A stretch of DNA of 64,000 nucleotides from Prevotella sp. (lineage in GTDB: Bacteria > Bacteroidota > Bacteroidia > Bacteroidales > Bacteroidaceae): positions 3,414 through 67,413 of the forward strand of contig JAZLHI010000129.1 of assembly GCA_045616725.1 (NCBI GenBank), written 5' to 3'. The notes under the pieces are model-generated. The model did not search any database and was not told the DNA's origin. It saw only the letters and a program-made list of their open reading frames with translations. The position numbers and the translations under genes are program-made. The stretch's first letter is position 1, and every line of letters starts with the position of its first letter. This document shows positions 54,324 to 63,328 of the stretch, one piece after another.

Positions 54324-54845
54324 TTATTCAATGACTCCCGGAGCCTGTGGCTCTTCTTCCTGAAGGTATTCTGGCTTGTCTTCCTTCTCGTCCTTCTTGG
54401 AAATTTGGTTGTGCTCGAAGACGTCCATGATTGCTGTCTCCTGAAGGGTATGGATTGTATAATCAATCATGCTGCCCTGCATAGCCTGATGTATGTATTC
54501 CACAGCCTGAGAGAAGGAGTGAGCTTGGATGAGATGGAAGACGCTGGTCTTCTTCTCCTTCTCTGTCTTCTCGTCAAGGGTGATGTACTGAAGTTTAGCC
54601 TTGAACCAGTTGTCGTCGGTCTCTTTGTCAGAGAAGAACACCTCGTGGTAGCTAGCCTTCTTGATGTCTGTGATTTCAAATTCAGAATAGTATGACGACA
54701 TCTCCTCTGTCATCGCTTCTTCAGCCTCTGTGAAGCTGAGAGCATCTACTACATACTGCTCTGTGGCAGGTTTTGCTGTGCCGTCTTCCTGCATCTTGGC
54801 AACCTTTGCCTTGCATTCAAACCAGTTTGCGTTTCTTGATCTCAT
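54324..54845 (-). CDS. Hypothetical protein (DUF4494-like)
   Basis: Start at MRSRNANWFECKAKV (54845), downstream of TAATTTTG box 54915-54922. Acidic C-terminus. Confidence 0.5.
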   Translation of the reverse strand: MRSRNANWFECKAKVAKMQEDGTAKPATEQYVVDALSFTEAEEAMTEEMSSYYSEFEITDIKKASYHEVFFSDKETDDNWFKAKLQYITLDEKTEKEKKTSVFHLIQAHSFSQAVEYIHQAMQGSMIDYTIHTLQETAIMDVFEHNQISKKDEKEDKPEYLQEEEPQAPGVIE

Positions 54846-55018
54846 GTATTTGTTTGTTGAATTTGTAATTGACAATGGATAATTGAAAGTTCTGCGTTTA
54901 GCATAATCAAGGTGCAAAATTAGGAAATAATATTAAAGAAGGAAAGAAAAACAGTGCTTTTTTGCCGTTCACTCTTCATTTTCCTCTTTTCCCTTTTCAT
55001 TTTTCCCCCTAATAGTTG

Positions 55019-55026
55019 TACCTTTG
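55019..55026 (+). promoter_or_regulatory. -7 box TACCTTTG
   Basis: gtacctttgcat, 36 nt upstream of ATG 55063. Confidence 0.55.
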
Positions 55027-55062
55027 CATAAAATTGTAAATAGTAAATCGGTAAATTTGTAA

Positions 55063-55527
55063 ATGAAAAAGATACTATTCGTTTGCCTAGGAAATATCTG
55101 CCGTTCTCCAATGGCAGAAGAGGTGTTTCGTCAGTACGCTATTCAGCAGGATCTTGAGCAGGATTGGTTCATTGACTCTGCCGGAATAGGTTCTTGGCAT
55201 GAAGGACAACTGCCCGACCGCCGAATGCGCAAGGCGGCTGAGCAGCATGGCTATAACCTTACTATGCGTGCAAGACAGGTGAAGCCGGGCGATTTCGACC
55301 GCTTCGACTACATTGTAGCCATGGACCGCGAGAACATCAAGGATCTTCGCCGCATAGCTACCAACAAGCAGCAGGCAGACAAGATCCTTAGCATGGCAGA
55401 CTATCTCACGGAACATCCTGGACAGGAAACAATTCCCGACCCATACTACGGCAACGACCGCGACTTCCACTTCGTGATAGAACTCCTCGAAGACGCCGTC
55501 GTAGGCCTGTTTCGTAGGGTAGAATAG
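55063..55527 (+). CDS. Low-molecular-weight protein-tyrosine phosphatase
   Basis: P-loop VCLGNICRSPMAE and the DP motif (IPDPYYG). Confidence 0.9.
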   Translation: MKKILFVCLGNICRSPMAEEVFRQYAIQQDLEQDWFIDSAGIGSWHEGQLPDRRMRKAAEQHGYNLTMRARQVKPGDFDRFDYIVAMDRENIKDLRRIATNKQQADKILSMADYLTEHPGQETIPDPYYGNDRDFHFVIELLEDAVVGLFRRVE

Positions 55528-55593
55528 GGCGTGATTTTGCCTGCAGGAATCGTCCCGTTTAAACGCTAATACACTCTTCTACCATGAATACAA

Positions 55594-56541
55594 CTACTTG
55601 TTCATATACCTTTTGGCTTCTGGCAAGAACGATTTGATGTTGTTGATGCGGTTTGAGTTTGATGGGTGGGTAGAAAACCAATCGCGAGAAGTCTTCAGGC
55701 TACTCTTCTCTCCCATGCGTTGCCAGAAAGGAACCGCCGCTTCTGGGTTATAGCCAGCCATGGCAGCTATTATGAGTCCGAGTCGGTCAGCTTCCGTTTC
55801 GTTCAGGCGCGAGAATTTTAGGCTTGCCAATGTGATGCCAGAAGCTGCTAGAATCTGTGCCATTCTCCTCTGTGAGTTGCTCATGTCGTCGCTGGTGAGC
55901 ATGGCATAAAGGGCTGCTACGCCAACTGTTGTCATAACCTTCTTCGATATCTGTTCTGCGCTATGCTTAGCCATGGCATGAGCTATCTCGTGACCAATGA
56001 CACAAGCAAGCGAGGCGTCGTCGCCAGCTACGGGTAGTATGCCTGTATAAACCACAATCTTTCCTCCCGGCATACAGAACGCGTTTATCTCACTGCTGTT
56101 CACAACATTTATTGTCCATTGGAAATTCTTCAGTTCATTGGACATGCCATTGTTGCGCAGAAGTCGCTCTGTGGCAGCTATCAGTCGCTGCGACACTCGC
56201 TTCACCTGAGCCGTTTGATTGGCGTTTGTGCATGCCTTGCTGCTGCGAATGTATGCCGCATACTGTTGATTGCTGTAGGGTAGGAGATATTTGTCTGGCA
56301 CAAGGTTATAGAAGCTGCGGTTTGTCACGGGTACGGTGTATTCAAACTGCTTGAGCATGTCTGACTCGGTCACGGCAGAAGCCTTCTCTTTGGTCTTCTC
56401 CCAAAGCTGTTTCCTTGTGTCGGAGTTCCACGCACTCTTCGCTCTCTGCTTCATCTTCTGCCATGTGCTCTGTGAGTAAGCTTCGTTCATGGGGAGACAA
56501 AGTAGCAAAGCTATAATTGTTTTTGACAGTAGGGTTTTCAT
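55594..56541 (-). CDS. M48-family zinc metallopeptidase
   Basis: Signal peptide. HEIAHAMAKH (HExxH) and a downstream E (NETEADRLG). Confidence 0.85.
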   Translation of the reverse strand: MKTLLSKTIIALLLCLPMNEAYSQSTWQKMKQRAKSAWNSDTRKQLWEKTKEKASAVTESDMLKQFEYTVPVTNRSFYNLVPDKYLLPYSNQQYAAYIRSSKACTNANQTAQVKRVSQRLIAATERLLRNNGMSNELKNFQWTINVVNSSEINAFCMPGGKIVVYTGILPVAGDDASLACVIGHEIAHAMAKHSAEQISKKVMTTVGVAALYAMLTSDDMSNSQRRMAQILAASGITLASLKFSRLNETEADRLGLIIAAMAGYNPEAAVPFWQRMGEKSSLKTSRDWFSTHPSNSNRINNIKSFLPEAKRYMNK

Positions 56542-56681
56542 AGGGATGGTTATCTGTTCTTTTTATTGATAAAGACTTAAGTCTGCGTGCAAAAGTACAA
56601 AAATTACCATTAACTACCAAATTTATTCTTGCATGTAGATAAATTCATATTTGTCATGATGTGGTTTTCATTTCTTTTTCT

Positions 56682-56689
56682 TAATTTTG
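56682..56689 (+). promoter_or_regulatory. -7 box TAATTTTG (MATE gene)
   Basis: cttaattttgcacc, 22 nt upstream of ATG 56712. Confidence 0.55.
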
Positions 56690-56711
56690 CACCTGAAAAC
56701 ACATTAATTCC

Positions 56712-58019
56712 ATGTCTCCAATCCTTCGTCTTGCCATTCCGGCTATAATAAGCAATGTCACGGTGCCGCTTCTCGGTCTCGTGGACATGGCTATTGTCGG
56801 CCACATGGGCGACGTGGCTTATATCGGTGCCATTTCCATCGGTTCGATGATATTCACATCGCTCTATTGGATGTTCGGCTTCCTTCGCATGGGGACGAGT
56901 GGCATCACGGCTCAGGAGTATGGACGGAAAGGCGATACGGAGCGAATATTCCGACAAACAGCATTGATAGCGCTCTTGCTCAGTGCAGGAATCCTTCTGC
57001 TCTGCTGGCCTATATGCAAGGTGGCTCTGTGGCTGATGTCGCCCGAGGAGAGTGTCCTTCCTCATGTTGTTACCTACTATTATATATGTGTGATTGGTGC
57101 GCCGGCAGTTCTTTTACAGTACTCTCTCACGGGCTGGTTCATCGGTTTGCAGGACACCAAGCGCCCGATGATCATTGCCATTTCGCAGAATGTTTTTAAC
57201 ATTGCGATGAGTCTGCTGCTTGTCTATGGCTTGCACATGAAGGTGGAGGGAGTGGCTTTGGGCACAATGCTCTCGCAATGGTTCGCGGTAATATTGGGGT
57301 TGTATCTTAAGAATTCAGAATTCAGAATTCAGAATTCAGAATTGGGCTGCGCGAAAGATAATTCTGCATCCTGCATTCTGCATTCTGCATTATTCAAAAA
57401 AGGCGAACTGAAACGCTTGTTTACTGTGAACAGGGACATCTTTTTCCGTACGTTGTGTATGCTTTCGGTGCTGTTCTTCTTTACCTCTGCCGGAAGCAGA
57501 CAAGGCGCAAACCTCTTGGCCGTCAATACGTTGCTGATGCAGACGTGGCTGATATTCTCCTATTTCATGGATGGCTTCGCCTTTGCAGGAGAGGCTCTTT
57601 GTGGACAATACTATGGCGCTGGCAATAGGCATATGCTCATGAAGACGGTGAAAGACTTGTTTGTCTGGGGCATAGGACTGGCGATGGTCTTCACCATGCT
57701 CTACGGTTTCTTTACCACCGACTTCCTTTCCTTGCTTACGGACGAAGCCGATGTCATGGCTTTGGCACATGATTACAGCGTATGGATGATACTTCTCCCT
57801 GCGGTAGGCTTCTCCGCATTCCTTTGGGACGGCATCTTCATTGGCATGACGAACTCCCGTGGAATGTTTGTTTCCTGCGCAACAGCAGCCCTATGCTTTG
57901 CTGCTGTCTATTGCTTGAGCGTTGACACCATGGGCAATAATGGTCTATGGTTAGCCTGGATGGTGTTTCTTTTCGTGCGTGGAGCAGTGCAATTGGTGTT
58001 GTTCAGGAGAGGTTTTTGA
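56712..58019 (+). CDS. MATE-family efflux transporter (DinF-like) carrying an in-frame repeat insertion in the central loop
   Basis: ILRLAIPAIISNVTVPLLGLVDMAIVGHMG and a 12-TM pattern. Loop residues KNSEFRIQNSELGCAKDNSASCILHSAL are encoded by heptamer repeats. Confidence 0.85.
   Translation: MSPILRLAIPAIISNVTVPLLGLVDMAIVGHMGDVAYIGAISIGSMIFTSLYWMFGFLRMGTSGITAQEYGRKGDTERIFRQTALIALLLSAGILLLCWPICKVALWLMSPEESVLPHVVTYYYICVIGAPAVLLQYSLTGWFIGLQDTKRPMIIAISQNVFNIAMSLLLVYGLHMKVEGVALGTMLSQWFAVILGLYLKNSEFRIQNSELGCAKDNSASCILHSALFKKGELKRLFTVNRDIFFRTLCMLSVLFFFTSAGSRQGANLLAVNTLLMQTWLIFSYFMDGFAFAGEALCGQYYGAGNRHMLMKTVKDLFVWGIGLAMVFTMLYGFFTTDFLSLLTDEADVMALAHDYSVWMILLPAVGFSAFLWDGIFIGMTNSRGMFVSCATAALCFAAVYCLSVDTMGNNGLWLAWMVFLFVRGAVQLVLFRRGF
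57311..57390. repeat. Intragenic word-hairpin: (gaattca)x4, loop, then (cattctg)-type x4
   Basis: Read directly. The left arm and the reverse complement of the right arm match at 17 of 19 positions. Confidence 0.85.
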
Positions 58020-58087
58020 TGCGTATAGTTTAGCGTTATGTATGTTGGACGTGGGATTTGAGTGATCTTTCTCTATAAACTCAAGTC

Positions 58088-58151
58088 ATTTTCGTATACG
58101 AATGCAAACCATTTTCGTATACGAAAACAAACTACTTTCGTATACGAAAAT
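58088..58151. repeat. Three TTTCGTATACGAAA palindromes with centres exactly 23 bp apart
   Basis: Palindromes at 58091-58102, 58112-58127 and 58136-58149, between the convergent MATE and GT2 gene ends. Confidence 0.9.
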
Positions 58152-58180
58152 GGATGGGATTCGTAAGGAATAAATTCCTG

Positions 58181-59245
58181 TTACTTATAGAAAGTCTTCT
58201 CAAATGCCTGGAACTCGCCTTTCTTCAGTATGCAACGGTTCCACCAAGAGGCGATGAAGCCTGTGCCGTAGCCGAAGAGTTGTACGAAGGCGGCGCCGAT
58301 GCTCAGGAAACCTATCTTCACGCTCTTGTTGAAGATTGAGGAATCGATGAACAGCAGCAGGCAGTAGAGTAGGATAGGGAGCCAAGGGAGGAGGCAAACC
58401 CAGTACCAAGGATTGTCTGTAGCGTGAGGATATGTGCCGCCACCATACTCCATCATTATTCTTCCGAAAGCGGAAACGAGTACCAAGGAGCAGGTTCCTA
58501 CGGTGAAAACGGTAGGAAGAAGGTGAACGAGCTTCAGTGATTCAGGGTATTTCTTGTAAAGATTGATGCGTGCTATGCCGCTGTTATATACCTGACGGAA
58601 GAACTTGCGGAAGTCCGTACGACGCTTGTGCCATACCCAAGCCTCTGGGAAGAGTCGGCATTTGCAGCCAGCCTTGAAGATACGGATGGAGAAATCGATG
58701 TCTTCGCCGAAGCGCATCTTTGAGAATCCGCCCAACTGCTGATAGACATCGCGGCGAATGCCCATGTTGAAAGAGCGAGGATAGAACTTGTCCATCTTCT
58801 TCTTTCCGCCACGGATTCCACCGGTTGTGAAGAATGAAGTCATCGAATAGCTGATGGCCTTCTGAGTGTCTGTGAATGAGTCGTGGGCGCGATCCGGTCC
58901 GCCAAAAGCGTCTGCCGGCTCACGCTGTAGTTCTTTCTCTATCTCTTCCAAATAAGTTGTAGGAAGAACGACGTCGGAATCGAGGATGAGCAGATACTCT
59001 CCGTCGGCACGCTCGGCACCATAGTTGCGCGATTGTCCCGGTCCGCTGTTCTCCTTATTATAATAATGTATAGGCAGACGGTCGGTATATTTGTCACATA
59101 CATCCTTGCATGGCACTTTCGAACCATCTTCCACGATATAAACATCAAACTCCTTGAAGGTCTGAGTGGTCAGACTTTCAAGGAGCTCGTTTACTTCGTC
59201 AGGCCTGTTATAGACAGGCACAATAATAGAATATTTAATTGCCAT
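58181..59245 (-). CDS. Family 2 glycosyltransferase with C-terminal TM helices
   Basis: YSIIVPVYNRPDEVNELLESL and DGS...LDSD motifs. Start at MAIKYS (59245), 1 nt after the efp stop. Confidence 0.8.
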   Translation of the reverse strand: MAIKYSIIVPVYNRPDEVNELLESLTTQTFKEFDVYIVEDGSKVPCKDVCDKYTDRLPIHYYNKENSGPGQSRNYGAERADGEYLLILDSDVVLPTTYLEEIEKELQREPADAFGGPDRAHDSFTDTQKAISYSMTSFFTTGGIRGGKKKMDKFYPRSFNMGIRRDVYQQLGGFSKMRFGEDIDFSIRIFKAGCKCRLFPEAWVWHKRRTDFRKFFRQVYNSGIARINLYKKYPESLKLVHLLPTVFTVGTCSLVLVSAFGRIMMEYGGGTYPHATDNPWYWVCLLPWLPILLYCLLLFIDSSIFNKSVKIGFLSIGAAFVQLFGYGTGFIASWWNRCILKKGEFQAFEKTFYK

Positions 59246-59246
59246 A

Positions 59247-59813
59247 TTATTCCTTAACACGACCGAGGTAGCTTCCGTCACGAGTATCTACCTGTACGAG
59301 TTCGCCTTCGTCGATGAAGAGAGGTACGCGAATCTCAACACCAGTCTCGAGAGTAGCAGGCTTTGTAGCGTTAGTAGCAGTGTCGCCCTTGATACCTGGC
59401 TCGCTGTGAGTGATACGGAGGTTTGTCTTAACTGGCATTTCTGCGTAGAGCACTGTACCGTCAGTAGTGTCGGAAACCACAGTCACGATGTCTGACTCCT
59501 TCATGAAGTCAACGCCAACGATGTTGTCCTTAGCGATAGGAATCTGCTCGAATGTCTCCATGCTCATGAAGATTAGCTGGTCGCCCTCTGGGTAGAGGAA
59601 CTGGTAGTCACGGTGCTCGATAGCTACGTCCTCAAGCTTGAAACCTACCTGGAAAGTACGATCAAGTACGCGTCCGTCAGCAACGTTCTTGAGCTTTGTG
59701 TTCATTACAGTGTTGCCCTTACCTGGCTTACGGTGCTGGAATTCGATGCATCTCCAGATGCCACCGTCCATACGGATACAAGTACCCTTCTTGATGTCTT
59801 GTGATTGAATCAT
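59247..59813 (-). CDS. efp: Elongation factor P
   Basis: IKKGTCIRMDGGIWRCIEFQHRKPGKGNTVMNTKLKNV, with the KPGKG loop. Confidence 0.95.
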   Translation of the reverse strand: MIQSQDIKKGTCIRMDGGIWRCIEFQHRKPGKGNTVMNTKLKNVADGRVLDRTFQVGFKLEDVAIEHRDYQFLYPEGDQLIFMSMETFEQIPIAKDNIVGVDFMKESDIVTVVSDTTDGTVLYAEMPVKTNLRITHSEPGIKGDTATNATKPATLETGVEIRVPLFIDEGELVQVDTRDGSYLGRVKE

Positions 59814-59899
59814 ATTGTATTATTATTTTATTGTGAATTCTGCTTGATTTTCCTTAACTGAGTAATTGTCAAAGTCTTACCCAATGTCAAAAACCGCTG

Positions 59900-59907
59900 C
59901 AAAGGTA
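59900..59907 (-). promoter_or_regulatory. -7 box TACCTTTG (efp)
   Basis: Reverse complement of caaaggta, within gctgcaaaggta. Confidence 0.55.
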
Positions 59908-59970
59908 CATCTTTTTAACGAAAAAACATCATTTTTTTGCAATTTTCTTGCTCATTTCAAAAGATTTATG

Positions 59971-59978
59971 TAATTTTG
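59971..59978 (+). promoter_or_regulatory. -7 box TAATTTTG (rpmH)
   Basis: 46 nt upstream of ATG 60025. Confidence 0.55.
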
Positions 59979-60024
59979 CAGCCCAAAAGTGCATAAAAGA
60001 ATAAAAAATAAAACATAATCGATT

Positions 60025-60180
60025 ATGAAAAGAACATTTCAACCTCACAACAGAAGAAGAGTGAACAAGCACGGTTTCCGTGAGCGTATGGCTACAAAGA
60101 ACGGTCGTCGCGTTCTCGCTTCTCGTCGTGCAAAGGGCCGCAAGAAGCTCACAGTTTCTGACGAACACCACGGAAAGTAA
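60025..60180 (+). CDS. rpmH: 50S ribosomal protein L34 (below the ORF-track cutoff)
   Basis: Hand translation: [51 protein letters not shown]. Confidence 0.95.
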   Translation: MKRTFQPHNRRRVNKHGFRERMATKNGRRVLASRRAKGRKKLTVSDEHHGK

Positions 60181-60283
60181 AAATGCGTAATGCGTATTTC
60201 ATAATGCGTAATTCGTAATTCGTACCGTGAGTTTAGCTCTTTTGTATGGACATGCGTATTCTTATAACAAGAAATAACGCTGA

Positions 60284-60331
60284 AATCAGAAAGAAGTAAG
60301 GCAAATGCTTTGCTCCTTTCTGATTTTTTTA
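60284..60331 (+). terminator. Intrinsic terminator of rpmH
   Basis: 10-bp stem aatcagaaag/ctttctgatt followed by ttttt. Abuts the next -7 box. Confidence 0.75.
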
Positions 60332-60339
60332 TAACTTTG
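60332..60339 (+). promoter_or_regulatory. -7 box TAACTTTG, 4 nt upstream of the PASTA-gene ATG
   Basis: taactttgccgcATG. Confidence 0.5.
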
Positions 60340-60343
60340 CCGC

Positions 60344-61165
60344 ATGAAAGAATTTCTAAAAGCTTTTTTCAGTAAGAAAGTCGCACTCAACTTTCTTGCA
60401 ATAATACTGGTCCTGGTAGCACTTCTTTCCGGTGCTTACTACTCGCTGAAGTTCTATACGAACCACGGCGATAAGGTGGAAGTGCCTAATGTGAAAAAGA
60501 AGACTTTCAAGGCTGCCAAGCACGACCTTCATAAGATGGGACTTGAGATAGTCGTTACTGATACGATGTACCTCAAGAACCTTCCAGCTGACATTGTCCT
60601 TGAGCAAATGCCTAATCCGGGCAAGGCTGTAAAGCCTGGCAGAATTGTTTATGTCGTGATCAATGCTGGTCATTCGCCTATTCGTGCTATTCCTGAAATC
60701 GTTGACAATAGTAGTGCAAGAGAGGCTAAGGCAAAACTTCAGGCTCTTGGTTTCAAGCGTGTGGAAATGCAGTATGTGCCGGGTGAAAAGGAGTGGGTTT
60801 ATGGCTTGAAATGCGACGGAAAGGATATCAAGAATGGAACGAAGGTTTCTGTTGATTCCAAGCTTGTGGTTATCGTGGGTGACGGTACTCGCGATCCAAG
60901 TGAGGAAATAGAAACTGTGCCATCAAACTTCTATTTTGATAATAACTGGCAGGATGCTCTCGTTGAAAGAGGACAGGGAGGATCGGGTTCCGGTTCTGGC
61001 TCAGGAAGTTCTTCGTCAATCACTTCTGACTACACCGATGAGCAGGTGGAGGCTGAGATAGAGAATAATCTGGGCGCCGACTTGGAGAACCTTCTCCGCG
61101 AGAAGCACCAAAGGGAGTCTAACCAGAAAATAGAAAATGGTGCTGCCAATGCACCTTCTGAATAA
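60344..61165 (+). CDS. PASTA-domain membrane protein with a Gly/Ser-rich acidic tail
   Basis: N-terminal TM helix, two PASTA-like units (VEVPNVKKKTFKAAKHDLHKMGL..., IPEIVDNSSAREAKAKLQALGF...) and a GGSGSGSGSGSSSS run. Confidence 0.75.
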   Translation: MKEFLKAFFSKKVALNFLAIILVLVALLSGAYYSLKFYTNHGDKVEVPNVKKKTFKAAKHDLHKMGLEIVVTDTMYLKNLPADIVLEQMPNPGKAVKPGRIVYVVINAGHSPIRAIPEIVDNSSAREAKAKLQALGFKRVEMQYVPGEKEWVYGLKCDGKDIKNGTKVSVDSKLVVIVGDGTRDPSEEIETVPSNFYFDNNWQDALVERGQGGSGSGSGSGSSSSITSDYTDEQVEAEIENNLGADLENLLREKHQRESNQKIENGAANAPSE

Positions 61166-62235
61166 TGGCAGAAGATTTGACTCTGATAGAAGATGAGCCT
61201 ATCGACGATGCTTTGGATGATGCTATTGATGAAGTTGAGCTCTACGAACATTTCCGAGAGGATGTGGATCCAGGGCAAACGCCTCTTAGAATAGACAAGT
61301 ATCTCGTTGAACAGCGTCCGCACACTTCGCGAAATCGTATTCAGATGGCGGCAGAAGCTGGTATGCTTCATGTCAATGGCAAGCCGGTGAAGTCCAACTA
61401 CAAGGTGCGCCCGGGGGATGTCATCACCCTGATGCTTGACCGTCCGCCTTACGAGAACAAGATTATCGCAGAGGATATTCCGCTTGAGATTGTCTATGAA
61501 GACGAACACCTAATGGTGGTGAATAAGCCAGCAGGATTGGTTGTCCACCCTGGTTGTGGCAACTATCGCGGCACTCTTATCAACGCAGTAGCATGGCACA
61601 TGAGGGATGTTCCCGACTTTGATGCCAACAACCCAGAGGTCGGTTTGGTGCATAGAATAGACAAGGACACCAGCGGTCTTCTAGTCATTGCAAAGACAGC
61701 ACAGGCAAAGACCGGCCTATCGTCACAGTTCTTCAACCATACATGCCGACGCACATATCAGGCTCTTGTTTGGGGAAACTTCGTTGAAGATGAAGGTACG
61801 GTGGAAGGAAACATTGCCCGACATCCAAAAGACCGCATGCAGATGGCTGTGTTCCCTCCAGACTCGGAGATTGGCAAGACGGCAATAACCCATTACAAGG
61901 TCCTGAAGCGCTATGGCTATGTCACCTTGATAGAATGCCGGTTGGAAACGGGACGTACGCACCAGATTCGTGCCCACATGAAGCATCTCGGCCATCCTCT
62001 CTTTGCCGACGAACGCTATGGTGGCAACCAGATCCTACGCGGTGAGCGTACAACTTCATATAAGCAATACATTAATAACTGTATGAAGATATGTTCGCGT
62101 CAGGCTCTTCACGCAAAGACTCTCGGCTTCAAGCACCCTATTACGGGCGAAGAGATGAACTTTACCTCGGAGATAGCCGATGACTTTGCCGCCCTCATTG
62201 CAAAATGGGACGCCTATCGCCTCGTTTCTCAGTAA
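61165..62235 (+). CDS. rluD: RluA-family 23S rRNA pseudouridine synthase (RluD-like)
   Basis: S4 domain (RIDKYL...) and catalytic HRIDKDTSGLLVIAKT. HQIRAHM motif. Confidence 0.9.
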   Translation: MAEDLTLIEDEPIDDALDDAIDEVELYEHFREDVDPGQTPLRIDKYLVEQRPHTSRNRIQMAAEAGMLHVNGKPVKSNYKVRPGDVITLMLDRPPYENKIIAEDIPLEIVYEDEHLMVVNKPAGLVVHPGCGNYRGTLINAVAWHMRDVPDFDANNPEVGLVHRIDKDTSGLLVIAKTAQAKTGLSSQFFNHTCRRTYQALVWGNFVEDEGTVEGNIARHPKDRMQMAVFPPDSEIGKTAITHYKVLKRYGYVTLIECRLETGRTHQIRAHMKHLGHPLFADERYGGNQILRGERTTSYKQYINNCMKICSRQALHAKTLGFKHPITGEEMNFTSEIADDFAALIAKWDAYRLVSQ

Positions 62236-62299
62236 GGAAATACACTCTATTTAATAGCAACCGTTCGCCAAGCGTTGGCTTGGTGCAAAAAAATATAAT

Positions 62300-63292
62300 A
62301 TGAAACGCAATATTGCAATTGTTTGCGGTGGAGACTCTTCTGAATACGCTGTCTCTCTCCGCTCTGCAGAAGGCCTCAAGTCCTTCTTCGACGACGATAA
62401 GTACAATACTTACATCGTGCTCATTCGTGCTAACGACTGGCATGTGTTCCTCAAGAATGGCAGAAAGGCAAAGATAGACCGCAAGGACTTCTCTTTCAAG
62501 GAGAATGGCGAGACAGTCTTCTTTGACTACGCTTATATCACTATCCACGGCACTCCAGGCGAGAATGGCCTGCTCCAGGGATATTTCGACCTCATCAACC
62601 TCCCTTATTCTACCAGCGGTGTGCTCGTAGAGGCTATGACTTTCAATAAGTTCGTGCTCAACCAGTACCTCCGTGGTTATGGCGTTCGTGTGGCAGAAAG
62701 CGTACTTGTGCGCAAGATGGATGCCACAACGATTGATGAAGAGGCCATCGAGAAGGCTGTTGGCATGCCATGTTTCGTAAAGCCAGTTGCCGGCGGTAGC
62801 AGTTTCGGTGTTACAAAGGTTAAGGAACGCGACCACCTTGCACCAGCTATCCGCAAGGCTCTCCTTGAGGATTCTGACGTCATGATTGAAGGTTTCGTTG
62901 GTGGCACAGAGGTTTCTCAGGGTATCTATAAGACTCAAGACAAGACTGTTGTGCTCCCTGCTACAGAGGTTGTCACTCATAACGAGTTCTTCGACTACGA
63001 CGCTAAGTACAACGGTCAGGTAGAGGAAATCACTCCTGCTCGCCTTTCTGAGGATACTGCTGCCCGCCTCGCAAAGGTTACGGAGGCTATCTACGACATC
63101 CTCGGTGCTAACGGTATAATCCGCATTGATTATATCATCTCTAACGAGAATGGTGAGGAGAAGATCAATATGATTGAGGTGAACACCACTCCTGGCATGA
63201 CAGAGACAAGCTTCATTCCTCAGCAGGTTCGTGCCGCAGGTCTTGAGATGAAGGATGTGCTCTCTGACATCGTTGAGAACCAGTTTTCGTAA
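62300..63292 (+). CDS. ddl: D-alanine--D-alanine ligase
   Basis: IAIVCGGDSSEYAVSLRSA, the ATP-grasp region and EVNTTPGMT. Confidence 0.95.
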   Translation: MKRNIAIVCGGDSSEYAVSLRSAEGLKSFFDDDKYNTYIVLIRANDWHVFLKNGRKAKIDRKDFSFKENGETVFFDYAYITIHGTPGENGLLQGYFDLINLPYSTSGVLVEAMTFNKFVLNQYLRGYGVRVAESVLVRKMDATTIDEEAIEKAVGMPCFVKPVAGGSSFGVTKVKERDHLAPAIRKALLEDSDVMIEGFVGGTEVSQGIYKTQDKTVVLPATEVVTHNEFFDYDAKYNGQVEEITPARLSEDTAARLAKVTEAIYDILGANGIIRIDYIISNENGEEKINMIEVNTTPGMTETSFIPQQVRAAGLEMKDVLSDIVENQFS

Positions 63293-63328
63293 TAAAATTG
63301 GTAAATTGTAAATCCGTAAATTGTAAAT

